Source: a virus | Lineage: Duplodnaviria > Caudoviricetes | Length of the DNA stretch: 64,000 nucleotides | Direction: 5' to 3' (one strand) | IMG/VR virus record: IMGVR_UViG_3300005739_000025 | Made by a program: the position numbers and the translations under genes | Shown: piece by piece, positions 15,942 to 26,778 of the stretch | How the letters are laid out: each line of letters begins with the position of its first letter | Position numbering within the stretch: position 1 is the first letter of the stretch | The notes under the pieces: generated by a model | Database searches by the model: none | Told to the model about the DNA's origin: nothing | Seen by the model: the letters and a program-made list of their open reading frames with translations, nothing else

Positions 15942-18359
15942 ATGGCAAGAACAATTCAATCACCAGGTGTAGAGATTAGAGAAATAGATTTCTCAATTAG
16001 ACCAGTAACAACAGAAGGAACATTTGTATTTTTACCAGGTTTTGCAAACCAAGGACCTATAGACGAAGTTTTGCAACCAGGTAGCATTTCAGAGTTTGAA
16101 CAAGTTTACGGTGCACCAACAAATGCAGCAGAACAATATTTTTATCAAACAGCAAAAGCAATACTTGGTTCATCCCCTGCAAAATTACTTACAACACGTT
16201 TACCATATGGTTCGAAAAAAGGTGATGGTTTTACAACTTGGAGATATAGTGCATTAGTTTATCCTGCCAGCGGTTTTATTACATCAAACACATCAACATC
16301 AGCTGCTACCGCTTTAACAGATGCGAATGTATATTTGTTTGGTAAGCCAACACACCTTGAATTGAGTGCAGAACAATATCAATCTATACTTGATAATAAT
16401 ATAGATTGGCAAAATTCAGTTTCAAACACATTTTTATCAGGCATCGATTACGGTAGTATAGAAAATGCAGGTTTAATCATATTAAACAAAGCACAAACAA
16501 CCGTTAATAACACATTCGAAGGTTACTATGTTGGTATTATTGATAACAATAATTATAACCCAGCAACTCCCTTCAACGGCGCTCTTAGGGTAAATGCAAT
16601 ACAATCTTCAAATACAACTATTTACAACTATTTACAAGTTCCCGAAGCTAGATTAAATTTTGCCTTAAGTGCAACAAAAGCTGGTGATGGTTCAAGTATT
16701 TCTGAAGTATTGGAGAATCTAGGTCAAACTGACCTAAATTCAAGATCATTTGACGATACTTTATCATTTGGCTTGTTTAAGCTAAGAAAGAGCATCTACA
16801 CTCCAGATACAATTTCACTTGACTACGTATTGTCTGAAAGTTATATCGGCTCTCTTGACTATCATAGACAAGTTGCCGATCAAACCGGTGGTCCAGCCAA
16901 AACATTCTACCTTGGCGCCCTTGCGGATAATTCCTCTAATGTTGTAGTAAAGGTCAACCCTTATATTAGTAGTAGATTTACCAATACCTGGATTGGTAGC
17001 GGTGGAAACCCTACTAAAAAGGTTCGCTTTTTGAGTACACAACTTGCAACTCCATTAAACGATACTGGTTTTATTGATACCTCAGCAACTTACCTAACAA
17101 GAGTTGGTATGACAAGTGCTTCAGTAAGTGCAGCGCTTGACAAAATGGGGGGCACAGATGCAATATACGCTTTAGGGGTATATTCAAACACAGTTTCTAA
17201 CGATAAATCAATTGGTGGTCTACCATCAAAACTTGAAAGAGCTTTTGAATTGGTTGAGAACCCTGATATATATCCAATTAATCTAGCTGTTGAAGCAGGT
17301 TTAGGAACTGTTTATGTAAATTCAATTTACCAAACAGCATCAGCTCCATCGGATGTTGTTAATGATCAAACAGCTGGACCGTTCGTAGATTCAAAACCAC
17401 TTAACGCTTTAAGTGCTTTCTACGTAACAAACTCAGATGGTTTAGGTGATGAAGGTACAAATCTAAGAAGTTATTACAACGCGGTGGCAAATGTATTTGT
17501 TAATGCAGCTGAAAAGCAAAGAAAAGACTTCATGGTAATTCTTGATCCTATTAGAAACATTTTTGTTCAGGGTCAAAATTCAAAAGTAATTAATGCTAAG
17601 AAGACGTGGGGCCCAAATGCAGGTATTGATCCAGATCCATACGCTGCAGGTTATGTTACTACAAACTTCAGCCAACATGTTTACTGGCCATTAAGACATC
17701 AATTCTCTACAATTAATTCATCATATGCAACAACATATGGCCAATTTGCACAAGTAATTGATTCAACATCAAATAGACAAATGTGGGTTCCGTTCTCCGG
17801 ATTTGCAGCGGCCGCGATGGCTAACACAGATAGTTTATTTCAGCCATGGTTTGCACCAGCTGGCTTTACACGTGGTGTAATTACAAATGCTACTGATCTT
17901 GCTGTTTACCCGAAACAAAAACAACGCGATCAACTTTATAAAGTATCAATTAACCCAGTTGCGTTCTTCCCAGCAGAAGGTTTCGTAATCTTTGGTCAAA
18001 AGACCTTGCTCAAGAAACCATCAGCATTCGATAGAATTAACGTTCGTAGATTGTTCTTAAATCTCGAGGTACAAACTCGTGATACAGTTAAGTTCTTCGT
18101 ATTTGAGCCAAATACATTCTTTACAAGAACCCAAATTGTTAATACTCTATCACCTATATTTGATAGAGCTAAGAACACAGAAGGTTTATATGACTACTTG
18201 ATTGTCTGCGACGAAAGAAATAACACACCTGACGTTATTGACAACAATGAGTTAAAAGTTGATATTTATATTAAACCGGTTCGTACTGCAGAGTTTATCT
18301 TAGTATCCTTCTACGCGACACGTACAGGACAAGATTTTCAGGAGCTAATTGGTTTATAA
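15942..18359 (+). CDS. gp18: Contractile tail sheath protein
   Basis: SPGVEIREID, PWFAPAGFTRG, INPV..F, FGQKTL..PSAFDRINVRRLF, IYIKPVRTAEFI. Confidence 0.96.
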   Translation: MARTIQSPGVEIREIDFSIRPVTTEGTFVFLPGFANQGPIDEVLQPGSISEFEQVYGAPTNAAEQYFYQTAKAILGSSPAKLLTTRLPYGSKKGDGFTTWRYSALVYPASGFITSNTSTSAATALTDANVYLFGKPTHLELSAEQYQSILDNNIDWQNSVSNTFLSGIDYGSIENAGLIILNKAQTTVNNTFEGYYVGIIDNNNYNPATPFNGALRVNAIQSSNTTIYNYLQVPEARLNFALSATKAGDGSSISEVLENLGQTDLNSRSFDDTLSFGLFKLRKSIYTPDTISLDYVLSESYIGSLDYHRQVADQTGGPAKTFYLGALADNSSNVVVKVNPYISSRFTNTWIGSGGNPTKKVRFLSTQLATPLNDTGFIDTSATYLTRVGMTSASVSAALDKMGGTDAIYALGVYSNTVSNDKSIGGLPSKLERAFELVENPDIYPINLAVEAGLGTVYVNSIYQTASAPSDVVNDQTAGPFVDSKPLNALSAFYVTNSDGLGDEGTNLRSYYNAVANVFVNAAEKQRKDFMVILDPIRNIFVQGQNSKVINAKKTWGPNAGIDPDPYAAGYVTTNFSQHVYWPLRHQFSTINSSYATTYGQFAQVIDSTSNRQMWVPFSGFAAAAMANTDSLFQPWFAPAGFTRGVITNATDLAVYPKQKQRDQLYKVSINPVAFFPAEGFVIFGQKTLLKKPSAFDRINVRRLFLNLEVQTRDTVKFFVFEPNTFFTRTQIVNTLSPIFDRAKNTEGLYDYLIVCDERNNTPDVIDNNELKVDIYIKPVRTAEFILVSFYATRTGQDFQELIGL

Positions 18360-18371
18360 CAAAATTAATGA

Positions 18372-18378
18372 ATAAATA
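18372..18378 (+). promoter_or_regulatory. Late promoter ATAAATA (tube)
   Basis: ATAAATA-ATTTT-ATG. Confidence 0.65.
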
Positions 18379-18383
18379 ATTTT

Positions 18384-18986
18384 ATGGCACAACTAACAGA
18401 TCTACTAATAAACAATTTTTACGACAGAGCAATTGCTGTTGATTTTTCAAGAGACATCAATTTCAAAGTTGTAGCAATTGTACCTGGTGCACAATACGGC
18501 ACTTTAGGCAACAATTTTATAACAACTAACGACTTAGTTTATGCAAAATCAGCTAAGTTGCCAGGCAGAAACATAACAAACGTTGAAGCCAAATATATGG
18601 GCTTGGCATTTAATTTACCTGGAATTGTTGAGTACCCAGATAGCGCTAGCTACCAAGTTCAATTTTATTGTGACAAAAACAGTCAATTAAGAAATAAATT
18701 CGAACAATGGAGTAGATTGTTATTCAACGATGAAAACTCAACAGGTGTTTATTCAATACCTCAACGTTCTTCTTATATTCAATTAGCTCAATTAGATCCT
18801 GCTAAAAATATTATGCAGCAATATAGACTTATTGGTGCAAGCGTTCGCAATCTAGGTGATATTGAATATAATATGGCTGAAGGTACAGGTGCAATAATGT
18901 CGTTTAACGTTACATTTGCTTATCATTATTACGTTCTAACATCAGACGAGTCAGCGGATACAGCAATTAACGCTGGTGGCCCGTAG
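18384..18986 (+). CDS. gp19: Tail tube protein
   Basis: Follows sheath; AKLPGRNI, LPG..EY, FEQW, QLAQLD, FNVTFAYHYY. Confidence 0.85.
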   Translation: MAQLTDLLINNFYDRAIAVDFSRDINFKVVAIVPGAQYGTLGNNFITTNDLVYAKSAKLPGRNITNVEAKYMGLAFNLPGIVEYPDSASYQVQFYCDKNSQLRNKFEQWSRLLFNDENSTGVYSIPQRSSYIQLAQLDPAKNIMQQYRLIGASVRNLGDIEYNMAEGTGAIMSFNVTFAYHYYVLTSDESADTAINAGGP

Positions 18987-19025
18987 TATTAATCAATAAC
19001 TAATCGTGCCTATTAAATAATATTA

Positions 19026-19907
19026 ATGGCCGTATCAAACACATTTTTAAATGGCGCTTCTAATGTAGTAAGGTCTATATTAGGTAATTTAGGTGGTTTA
19101 GTTAACGGTCAGAATCCACCAACCCAACCTCAAATAGGAAACCTCATAGGTTTTAATATACCTGCTGCACCACTAGTAAGCACTAGGGATTATTTTTTAT
19201 CTCAATTAAATTCTTGGGTATCTACACCTTCTTTACAATCTCAGTGGATTGCTATTATAGATAGATTTCCACCAGCGTTAAACTCAGCAATTTTAAAAAA
19301 CTTAGAGAGAACAGTAGGTAATAATAATGCGTTTGAAATAAACGCAGCTAAAACCATATTAACGTCCTACCCCTTTCAATATGTAACGGGATGTATTTTT
19401 TGCAATTCTTTTGAAATGCCAGAAGAAAAATACACTGTCGAAACAGCGACATTAAGAAACAATAGAGGTTTTATACCTGGGGTATTAGGAGGTGCGAGAG
19501 CGAGTTACGCTGATACACCTCTTGTGCTTGGGTTTTACGACAATAATACTTCTTTTATGGATTTTATTATTAGGCCTTGGGTAATGCTAGCAAGTCATTA
19601 CGGACACGTAACAAGAAGAGATGCTAGATATAGTGTTAAGTGTAATATTACTCTTTTATCGTATAGTAAAACCTACGCTAATATTAGTATGGTTCCAAGA
19701 AAAGTGTTTACGTTTTTTAATTGTGTACCAACTACAGTATCTAGACAAAACTATGAATACGACGAGCCTAACGAGGTAAAATCGTATACTGCTAATTTTT
19801 CTTTTACAAATTATACAATACAAAATAATATGTATTTACCATTACCTGGTATAATAAATTCTATAAGAAGTAATCAACCATTTTTTAGTAATCCATTAAC
19901 CTTTTAA
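19026..19907 (+). CDS. Baseplate-tail tube initiator (gp54-like, tube fold)
   Basis: Tube-fold motifs (FEMP, LGFYD..FMD..IRPW, FFNCVPTTV, YTANFSF); TAAATA 19014-19019 upstream. Confidence 0.5.
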   Translation: MAVSNTFLNGASNVVRSILGNLGGLVNGQNPPTQPQIGNLIGFNIPAAPLVSTRDYFLSQLNSWVSTPSLQSQWIAIIDRFPPALNSAILKNLERTVGNNNAFEINAAKTILTSYPFQYVTGCIFCNSFEMPEEKYTVETATLRNNRGFIPGVLGGARASYADTPLVLGFYDNNTSFMDFIIRPWVMLASHYGHVTRRDARYSVKCNITLLSYSKTYANISMVPRKVFTFFNCVPTTVSRQNYEYDEPNEVKSYTANFSFTNYTIQNNMYLPLPGIINSIRSNQPFFSNPLTF

Positions 19908-19909
19908 CT

Positions 19910-20692
19910 GTGAACGATTATAAAATAAAAACGATTGTACCTAGCTTATCAACTACAGTATATTTAAATCAAATAAAAAATAAAAACTTATTTGATATAA
20001 GCAAATTTATCTCATCAAACGATGATACCGGGTTAGCTTATTATCTAGAAAACTTAGTTAAAAAAATACCAACAGATAATAACTTTGACAAAACTTTTGC
20101 TTTGTTAAATTTAAGAATGGTGTGTATAAGTAATGAATTAAAAATTAAAATATCACAAGGTAGTACACCAATAAATTATAAATTTAATATTAATAATATT
20201 CTTCTTAATTTGTTAAACAATGTTAATGAACCTATTACAAAATATGTTAAAGAAGATTTAGAACTAGAATTAAAACACCCAAGCAAACTCTATTATAGTA
20301 ATTTTATAGAATTTTTAATAGATATAATAGTTGATTTAAAAATAAAAAAAGTAGAAATAGACTATAAAAAATTATCTATTAAAAATAAAAGTAAATTATT
20401 GACAACATTGAAAAAGGAAATAATAAAAGAAATAAAAGATTATTTAAAACTGAACCAAAAAATTTACACAACACTAGTTTTTGAAAATAGTGAAAGAAAA
20501 ATTTCCTTTTATGACAATACTTTTTTTTATTTTATAAAATTTCTATTTAATTACAATCTTTCTAATTTATATAATAAAATGTTTTTAACTTGTAGTGCTT
20601 TAAAGTTAACCTATAGTGAGTATAAAAGTTTAACTCCTGCAGAAACAGACGTACTAATAGCTATATACAAAAAGAATAATAATATTAAATAA
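19910..20692 (+). CDS. Baseplate hub assembly protein, probable gp26-gp51-like fusion
   Basis: N-part VPSLSTTVY...FALLNLRMVC (gp26-like); C-terminal LSNLYNKMF...KLTYSEYKSLTPAETDVLI (gp51-like). Confidence 0.45.
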   Translation: MNDYKIKTIVPSLSTTVYLNQIKNKNLFDISKFISSNDDTGLAYYLENLVKKIPTDNNFDKTFALLNLRMVCISNELKIKISQGSTPINYKFNINNILLNLLNNVNEPITKYVKEDLELELKHPSKLYYSNFIEFLIDIIVDLKIKKVEIDYKKLSIKNKSKLLTTLKKEIIKEIKDYLKLNQKIYTTLVFENSERKISFYDNTFFYFIKFLFNYNLSNLYNKMFLTCSALKLTYSEYKSLTPAETDVLIAIYKKNNNIK

Positions 20693-20696
20693 TTAA

Positions 20697-22118
20697 GTGG
20701 ACAATATCGTAAGTTTACCAGAAAAATATTTTGATGTTAATTCATTTAACAATCAAGAGGATTTAGAGGGTGATAATTTAGAGTATAGAGTTGAAGATCC
20801 CCTAACTCTATCTGAAGATTATGCAATGCCAGGAGAAACAAGAGGGATAATTTCTAAACCCGCGACACCCACAAGGTCGTATGCCAATAACGATACTGTA
20901 ACTAAAGATGAAAATGAAGAATCTTTAGATAACAACACTGTTAATAATACTAATGTTTATCAAGCTCAAGACAACACAGAATTATTAAATGAAATAAAAC
21001 AGTTAGATGAAAAAATAAAAAATCTTCAAAACGAGATACAAATAACGCCAACACAAGAAATAAAACAAAATATTGTTAATACTAATTTAGAAGATTCAGA
21101 TTCTACCGTAAATGTGGTAAATAAGGATTTTTTTAATAACAATCTACAAAATACAGATAATGTTTTTAATGAATTGTCTTCCGAATCAATCAACAATTTA
21201 CAAAACAATAATGCAGACAATACAAATATAGTTCAAAATACTAAATCAAATATTAACAATAATGATCAAGTTCTTCAAAGAGAAATAAACAATTTACTAG
21301 AAAAAAGAGAACAACTATTAAACCAATTTTATTTTAAAGAAGCTCAAAATCAAAACGTCTTTGACACTACCAACGTTAATAATTCTAATACAGAATCTAG
21401 AGTACTAGTTGATAACTTTACACCTAATTTTGCTTTTGTTTCAGAAGAGCAACAAGAAGCTATAGATAGAAGTGTAGAAGCTGAAAATGCGTTTGGCAGT
21501 GACCCAAAATTAGTTAGTGATAGTTTTGGTAATCCTGCAGTTATAAGTGAAGATCAAGTAGATCTTAATACCGCTATTGATCAACACGGTGGTGTGGATA
21601 ATGCTATACAGGATTCAGTAAATCAGCAACAATACTTAAACAACGGTAATTTACAATCAGGAGAAACTTTAGAAGAAAACAATACTTTTAATAATGATTC
21701 TAAATCTACTATAAAAGAAGGTGATAGTGCGCTAAGCGAAGAAAATAATTATGAAAATATTGATAATAGTTTTTATGGCATAGGCAAAGACGATAGTTCT
21801 GAGGCTATAAAAAGCTCAGGTAAGCAGACTGTTGATGCAATAAACAAATTAGCAAATCAGTTTAATAATTTAGCAAAAGCTATAACAAGCGGTTTTAATT
21901 CTGTTAATGGTAAAATAAAGGATATTGGTAATCAATCTCAAAACAACGTTACTAATAATTACAAAAATGAATCATCTGGAAGTTCACCTCAAATGGGATC
22001 AAAAAATAAAAGTAATATATCACCGGAAATAAGAGGAGACACGCCATTAAAGCAACATTTTCCTAGTAATATGGATTTAAATAATTTACATGGAAATAAC
22101 TTATTTACAAGAGTATGA
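20697..22118 (+). CDS. N/Q-rich low-complexity protein, possible tape measure/gp29-like hub
   Basis: 473 aa, coiled-coil and Asn-rich; position among hub genes; TAAATA 20686-20691 upstream. Confidence 0.35.
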   Translation: MDNIVSLPEKYFDVNSFNNQEDLEGDNLEYRVEDPLTLSEDYAMPGETRGIISKPATPTRSYANNDTVTKDENEESLDNNTVNNTNVYQAQDNTELLNEIKQLDEKIKNLQNEIQITPTQEIKQNIVNTNLEDSDSTVNVVNKDFFNNNLQNTDNVFNELSSESINNLQNNNADNTNIVQNTKSNINNNDQVLQREINNLLEKREQLLNQFYFKEAQNQNVFDTTNVNNSNTESRVLVDNFTPNFAFVSEEQQEAIDRSVEAENAFGSDPKLVSDSFGNPAVISEDQVDLNTAIDQHGGVDNAIQDSVNQQQYLNNGNLQSGETLEENNTFNNDSKSTIKEGDSALSEENNYENIDNSFYGIGKDDSSEAIKSSGKQTVDAINKLANQFNNLAKAITSGFNSVNGKIKDIGNQSQNNVTNNYKNESSGSSPQMGSKNKSNISPEIRGDTPLKQHFPSNMDLNNLHGNNLFTRV

Positions 22119-23350
22119 GTAATTTATATAGTTTTACAAATAATAAATGTGAAAATGCAGGTGCACCTATGTTAACACCCGCAGGTGGTTTTACTGCATC
22201 ATTTAATGGTTCAAATTATATTGGTAGAGATAGTTTAAATTTTTCTTCTGGTTTTATAGATGTAGTGAACAACTTTCAATGGACTCACTCACCTCCTGGT
22301 ACACAATCAAGACAAGAAGTACCAGGTATAACACTAAGAGAAAAGAGACTTAGAACTAATTCACTAATAGCTGGTGCTGCTTATTTTCTTTCTTCAGCTT
22401 CTTCTTCATTAGGTACTCTAGATGCAAGAATAGGATCCGTGTTTGGTCAATCAATCGGTGGTGTATTAAGTAACATAGCTTCAAACCCTGGACTACAAAG
22501 TACTTTTTCTACAATTGGTAATATTTTTAATCAAAATCTTTTAAATTCAGTTGCAACTCTTACAACTGGAAATTCTGATATTAATAGTATATTGGGCGCT
22601 ACTATTGAAGGTCTAAACAGCAAATATCTAAGACCGTATGAAGGTCTCTATATAACAGAAGATACCAAATTTACTTATTATCTACCTTATTTTGCAGATC
22701 AATTAAATAACGTTTTAAACAGATTTACAGAAAATGATCAACAACTGTCAAATTCCATTATGGGTCAAGGTGTAAATGAAATTTATAACGCAGCTTCTGC
22801 TTTAGCTAGATTTGCACATTTTAAGGAACCAGGCATTTATATTGAAAGACCAAAATTTTATAATTTTACCAATACAGGTGAAAGTATAGAATTAGAATTT
22901 CCGTTAGTTAATACCGGTTGGGCTACATATGATGATGTGAGAAGAAATTGGCAATTATGTTTTATGCTTACATATCAAAATAGACCAAATAGAAGATCAA
23001 GAGAGCTTATTGATCCAGCTTGTATATATGAAGTCAACATACCAGGGGTTAAATATATGCCTTATGCTTTTATAAGTCAATTAAAAATAGACTTTATGGG
23101 TTCAAGAAGAATGATGCCTTTAGAAGTTCCAGGGGGTACCATTAATACAATCGTACCAGACGCATATAAAATTTATATGCTTATAGAAGGGCTATTACCA
23201 GAATCTCAAAACTTCTTAGCTTCTATGCTTTCTGATAAACAGGATATAGTCAATGTAGTAAGCAATGATCGTTACAACCCATTTGGTGAAATTTTTAATA
23301 GCTATGAAAATTCTTTTAGAAATGAAAGTGCATCTTTAAGAACCCAGTAA
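22115..23350 (+). CDS. Baseplate tail-tube cap protein (gp48-like)
   Basis: Tube-fold C-half (LEFPLVN, CIYEVNIPG, FISQLKIDFMG); precedes gp53. Confidence 0.45.
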   Translation: MSNLYSFTNNKCENAGAPMLTPAGGFTASFNGSNYIGRDSLNFSSGFIDVVNNFQWTHSPPGTQSRQEVPGITLREKRLRTNSLIAGAAYFLSSASSSLGTLDARIGSVFGQSIGGVLSNIASNPGLQSTFSTIGNIFNQNLLNSVATLTTGNSDINSILGATIEGLNSKYLRPYEGLYITEDTKFTYYLPYFADQLNNVLNRFTENDQQLSNSIMGQGVNEIYNAASALARFAHFKEPGIYIERPKFYNFTNTGESIELEFPLVNTGWATYDDVRRNWQLCFMLTYQNRPNRRSRELIDPACIYEVNIPGVKYMPYAFISQLKIDFMGSRRMMPLEVPGGTINTIVPDAYKIYMLIEGLLPESQNFLASMLSDKQDIVNVVSNDRYNPFGEIFNSYENSFRNESASLRTQ

Positions 23351-23354
23351 TATT

Positions 23355-23753
23355 ATGATTATCACAAATCAACAAAGCATTTCAGCTGTAGGACCTTTTC
23401 AAAAAGATGTTCCTTATTTACCTACTTTAGATGAATTTTCGTTTGAAAATTTTTTAAGATTATATTTAACTAAAGATAATCAATTTTTTTATAATCTTCT
23501 AACCACACAAGTGGTTATTGATGGAGAATTAGACGCTAGCACGTTTTATACAATTACAGTAACAAAATCTATACCGTGGACAACTATTAGTTATAACGAA
23601 TATAGAAATATGAACTTGTGGTGGTTAATAATGGCAACTAATAAGATTAGAAACCCTATTGAATATCCGGTACCGGGAACTCAACTTAAAATACTATACC
23701 CCCAATTTGTTAGATATGTTGTTGATCAAATAATAGAAAAACAAAAAACATGA
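23355..23753 (+). CDS. gp53: Baseplate wedge protein gp53-like (LysM-type)
   Basis: PWTTISYNEYRNMNLWWLIMATNKIRNP..PGTQLKI. Confidence 0.8.
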   Translation: MIITNQQSISAVGPFQKDVPYLPTLDEFSFENFLRLYLTKDNQFFYNLLTTQVVIDGELDASTFYTITVTKSIPWTTISYNEYRNMNLWWLIMATNKIRNPIEYPVPGTQLKILYPQFVRYVVDQIIEKQKT

Positions 23754-25402
23754 TAAAAGGTATTTTCAGCAATTTAACTTCTGGTGGCGCAAAAAAGGAT
23801 AACGTTGAGCAAATTGGCGATAACGTATATATTTTTAACTTAAAACTTTTTAACGGAACTTCTGAAGTAGGTTTAAAATTTAGCGCAGTAGAGGATTTAC
23901 AAATTGTAGATGACTTAAGGTTCTTTTATGTTTATGGAACTTTAACAATTAACTACAACAATGATGTTTTAGAAGCGTTTGAAAGTTTAGGTAGTAGCAT
24001 GGGAACAGGTGGTGGTAATGCGCAGTCGTATCAATTTAGAGGTGATGGTAGAGATATTTTAAAAATAGATATAATGCCTCAAATAAAAGAGCAAAAATGT
24101 TTGGAGGTTTATGCTTCAGAAAGTGACAGAAAAAAATATAATATTAAACACGAATGTAGTATATACAAATATGAAGATATAACTTCGAGTAAGGGAAATA
24201 AACAGAGAAAATTTTATTTTTGGGACAGAGATTTTCAAATATTAAGCGATGTAACAATAGACTACTCTACAGGAGACAAAACAAAAAGTGGTACAGGTTC
24301 GTCTCCTAAGGGTGGTTCTGCAAAAACAGGCGCTGGTGCTGCAGCTGCAGCATCTAACCCAGCAACAAGATCTACTACAAGCGGTACCCAGGCTGGTAAT
24401 AAAAAAGCTTCAAACTCGAATACAGAAAATAGTGTATTAACTAGTGAAGCTATGGAGGATATATTAAAGAAAGCTTTAGTAGAAATATCTGGACAAAAAT
24501 TTAAAAAGGGTTTGTGGGATACCGGGGAATCAAAAATAATGTATTATAGCACAAGCAGCAACAAAGCTGTACAAGATCTGTCTTATGTGTTATCACTACA
24601 TATTAGTGATAAAAGTAATAACAACTTACCGTGTTTGCTAAAAAAAGAAAGATATACAGACAAATATGATTTAAAACCTATAAACAAGTATTATTCTGGG
24701 GGTACCGGTCTGAGTTTGGGTACTTTGTTAAACGCTAATGATCAAGAGGATTTTTACATAGGTAAAATAGATCCATCTTCTTCTGGACTACAACGAGGTA
24801 GTATGAAGGGTTCCAGAGGAGGTAAGATGAACGTTTCTGATTACAACTTGATAGACGATTATACTTTCACTAAAATAAATGCTAAAGACCTACAAAAGTA
24901 TCTAGCAACATCTATAGTTCATAGTAATGATCCAAGAGGTTTTTTTACATCAGATTTTAAAGAAAATAACTTTCAAAGCGCTACTAAGTTATACGAAAAA
25001 ACTTATTTAAAATCAGGAAATTACTCTAGTGGTTCTAGTACAAATACCCCTGTTAATAAATTAAGAAAAACTCACAAGACTATAACACATGATTATATTC
25101 CAGATAACGTAAGTAAAGAACAAAGAAAAAGTTATGGTGTTAATAAAGGTATGTTAAATTTATTTTTTAAAAATACATCTATATCTTTTAGAGCTAGAGG
25201 TAATACAATGAGACAAACAGGTAAATTTTTCACAATAAATAGAATGGATAGTAACATAAGTACTTCATATGATAACAATGTTTTAGGAAAGTATATGACA
25301 ACGTACGTGATACATCAATTTGGAAAAGGCGGATATACTAATACTATTCACGGGGTCAAACCGTATGTAGATAAAAAACAAAACTTTACGGAGGAAGTCT
25401 AA
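23750..25402 (+). CDS. Baseplate hub protein (gp27-like)
   Basis: After gp53; C-terminal GNTMRQTGKFF...GKYMTTYVIHQF pattern of gp27/VgrG hubs. Confidence 0.5.
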   Translation: MIKGIFSNLTSGGAKKDNVEQIGDNVYIFNLKLFNGTSEVGLKFSAVEDLQIVDDLRFFYVYGTLTINYNNDVLEAFESLGSSMGTGGGNAQSYQFRGDGRDILKIDIMPQIKEQKCLEVYASESDRKKYNIKHECSIYKYEDITSSKGNKQRKFYFWDRDFQILSDVTIDYSTGDKTKSGTGSSPKGGSAKTGAGAAAAASNPATRSTTSGTQAGNKKASNSNTENSVLTSEAMEDILKKALVEISGQKFKKGLWDTGESKIMYYSTSSNKAVQDLSYVLSLHISDKSNNNLPCLLKKERYTDKYDLKPINKYYSGGTGLSLGTLLNANDQEDFYIGKIDPSSSGLQRGSMKGSRGGKMNVSDYNLIDDYTFTKINAKDLQKYLATSIVHSNDPRGFFTSDFKENNFQSATKLYEKTYLKSGNYSSGSSTNTPVNKLRKTHKTITHDYIPDNVSKEQRKSYGVNKGMLNLFFKNTSISFRARGNTMRQTGKFFTINRMDSNISTSYDNNVLGKYMTTYVIHQFGKGGYTNTIHGVKPYVDKKQNFTEEV

Positions 25403-26247
25403 TGGTACCAACAGCAACATTTTACACGCTTTTGAGAAATTATAACCCGGTAAATGAGCTTATAGCTCCCCAATTAAAAGAAATTTTTGGTCAATACGGG
25501 CCCGAGGTTTTAGATACATTTAAAGCACACTGGGATGCCAAAAATTCCAATAAGCCAGTTGAAAGACTTGCTGATTTCTTTTCAAAACTAGACGGTCAGT
25601 TAAAAAATATAGATGATCCAGGTATAGTCGAAGGTTGGAGATCCCACTTTAAATCACAATCACCTTTAATTAAATCTGAGACACTTAGAAAATTACCAAA
25701 ACCCACATTTTTGGGGGTAAATTTACCAAAATTGGGCCCGGTTGATCCTAGAAATTTATTTCAAGCAGCAACTACACCATTTTTTAATACAGCTGGAGGG
25801 GGTGGCGCTCCTCCTAACTTTACAAATATAGGAGTTAGACTTAGTCCTACGTTAGAGGCCAATATGGCATCTGCATTGAAAATAGTAGGTACTATCTCAA
25901 ACAAAAACTTAACCCCTATTATAGGGTCATTGGCTAAAAGCACAATGAATCACGGTACTAATTTAGTTTTAGATAGTGAACACGTAAAAAGGGTTGGAGA
26001 GGTAATTACTTCTTACACAAAAAAATTACAAGAGGTAGTAGGTGATGCGTCTAGCTTTTTACTCAAATCTATAAACTTTAATAAGTTTGGAGTACAAAAC
26101 GTTGACATAAGTTCACCCGCAATTGCGTTTACTAACGTGGTGGAAGGTCTTAATACAGTTGTAGATGGTGTAGGTAAAGATATTGTAAGTAAGCTTCCGA
26201 TTAATGTTAAAGACTTTGCTTCACCAAAACCTTCTAATCTTGTTTAA
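25402..26247 (+). CDS. Hypothetical protein
   Basis: 281-aa ORF coupled (TAATG) to hub gene; no recognised motif. Confidence 0.65.
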   Translation: MVPTATFYTLLRNYNPVNELIAPQLKEIFGQYGPEVLDTFKAHWDAKNSNKPVERLADFFSKLDGQLKNIDDPGIVEGWRSHFKSQSPLIKSETLRKLPKPTFLGVNLPKLGPVDPRNLFQAATTPFFNTAGGGGAPPNFTNIGVRLSPTLEANMASALKIVGTISNKNLTPIIGSLAKSTMNHGTNLVLDSEHVKRVGEVITSYTKKLQEVVGDASSFLLKSINFNKFGVQNVDISSPAIAFTNVVEGLNTVVDGVGKDIVSKLPINVKDFASPKPSNLV

Positions 26248-26728
26248 TATCTAACGGTTCAAATTCAGCTTCTATAACTTCTGACTTTTCTATAAGTTTT
26301 TTAAGAACTTCATCTCTAGTTAACAAATATTTTTGTGGTATATCTTCTTTGCTTGCTTCCTTAAGCTCTTTTTTTGCTTTAATGTCCATTTCTTTTAACT
26401 CTTTGTTATTTTCTATTTTTGAATTTGCAACTTGTATATCCTTAAGAACTGATAATGCACTGCTTACCGCTTTGAACGCTTGAGAAAGTGATTCGATTTC
26501 TTCTGCATTTGGATTACTTACAAATATAGACTTAAGCTCTTTAATTGTATCAAGACCCTCTACAACTAATTCGCCTGTTTTTTCTAATATAAATTTTTCT
26601 AAATTATCTTTTTTAAGAGTATCAACTTCAGATTTATATTCTTTGTTTTTTGTATTAACATTATCAACTTGCTCTTTAAGCTTTTCCGTTAACTCGTTTA
26701 CAGTAATGTAATTAGAATCATCTTCCAT
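26234..26728 (-). CDS. Probable terminase small subunit (gp16-like)
   Basis: Helical core GELVVEGLDTIKEL...PNAEEIESLSQAFKAVSSALSVLKDIQ and C-terminal TRDEVLKKL match gp16 pattern; late variant ATAACTA 5 nt upstream. Confidence 0.55.
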   Translation of the reverse strand: MEDDSNYITVNELTEKLKEQVDNVNTKNKEYKSEVDTLKKDNLEKFILEKTGELVVEGLDTIKELKSIFVSNPNAEEIESLSQAFKAVSSALSVLKDIQVANSKIENNKELKEMDIKAKKELKEASKEDIPQKYLLTRDEVLKKLIEKSEVIEAEFEPLDIKQD

Positions 26729-26744
26729 TTAATTAGTTATTATG

Positions 26745-26772
26745 TTGATTAAGTTAATCTATAATTTATAAT
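26745..26772 (+). promoter_or_regulatory. sigma70-type promoter of dut-gp44
   Basis: TTGATT(26745-26750)-N16-TATAAT(26767-26772); ATG 6 nt downstream. Confidence 0.65.
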
Positions 26773-26778
26773 AAGGTT

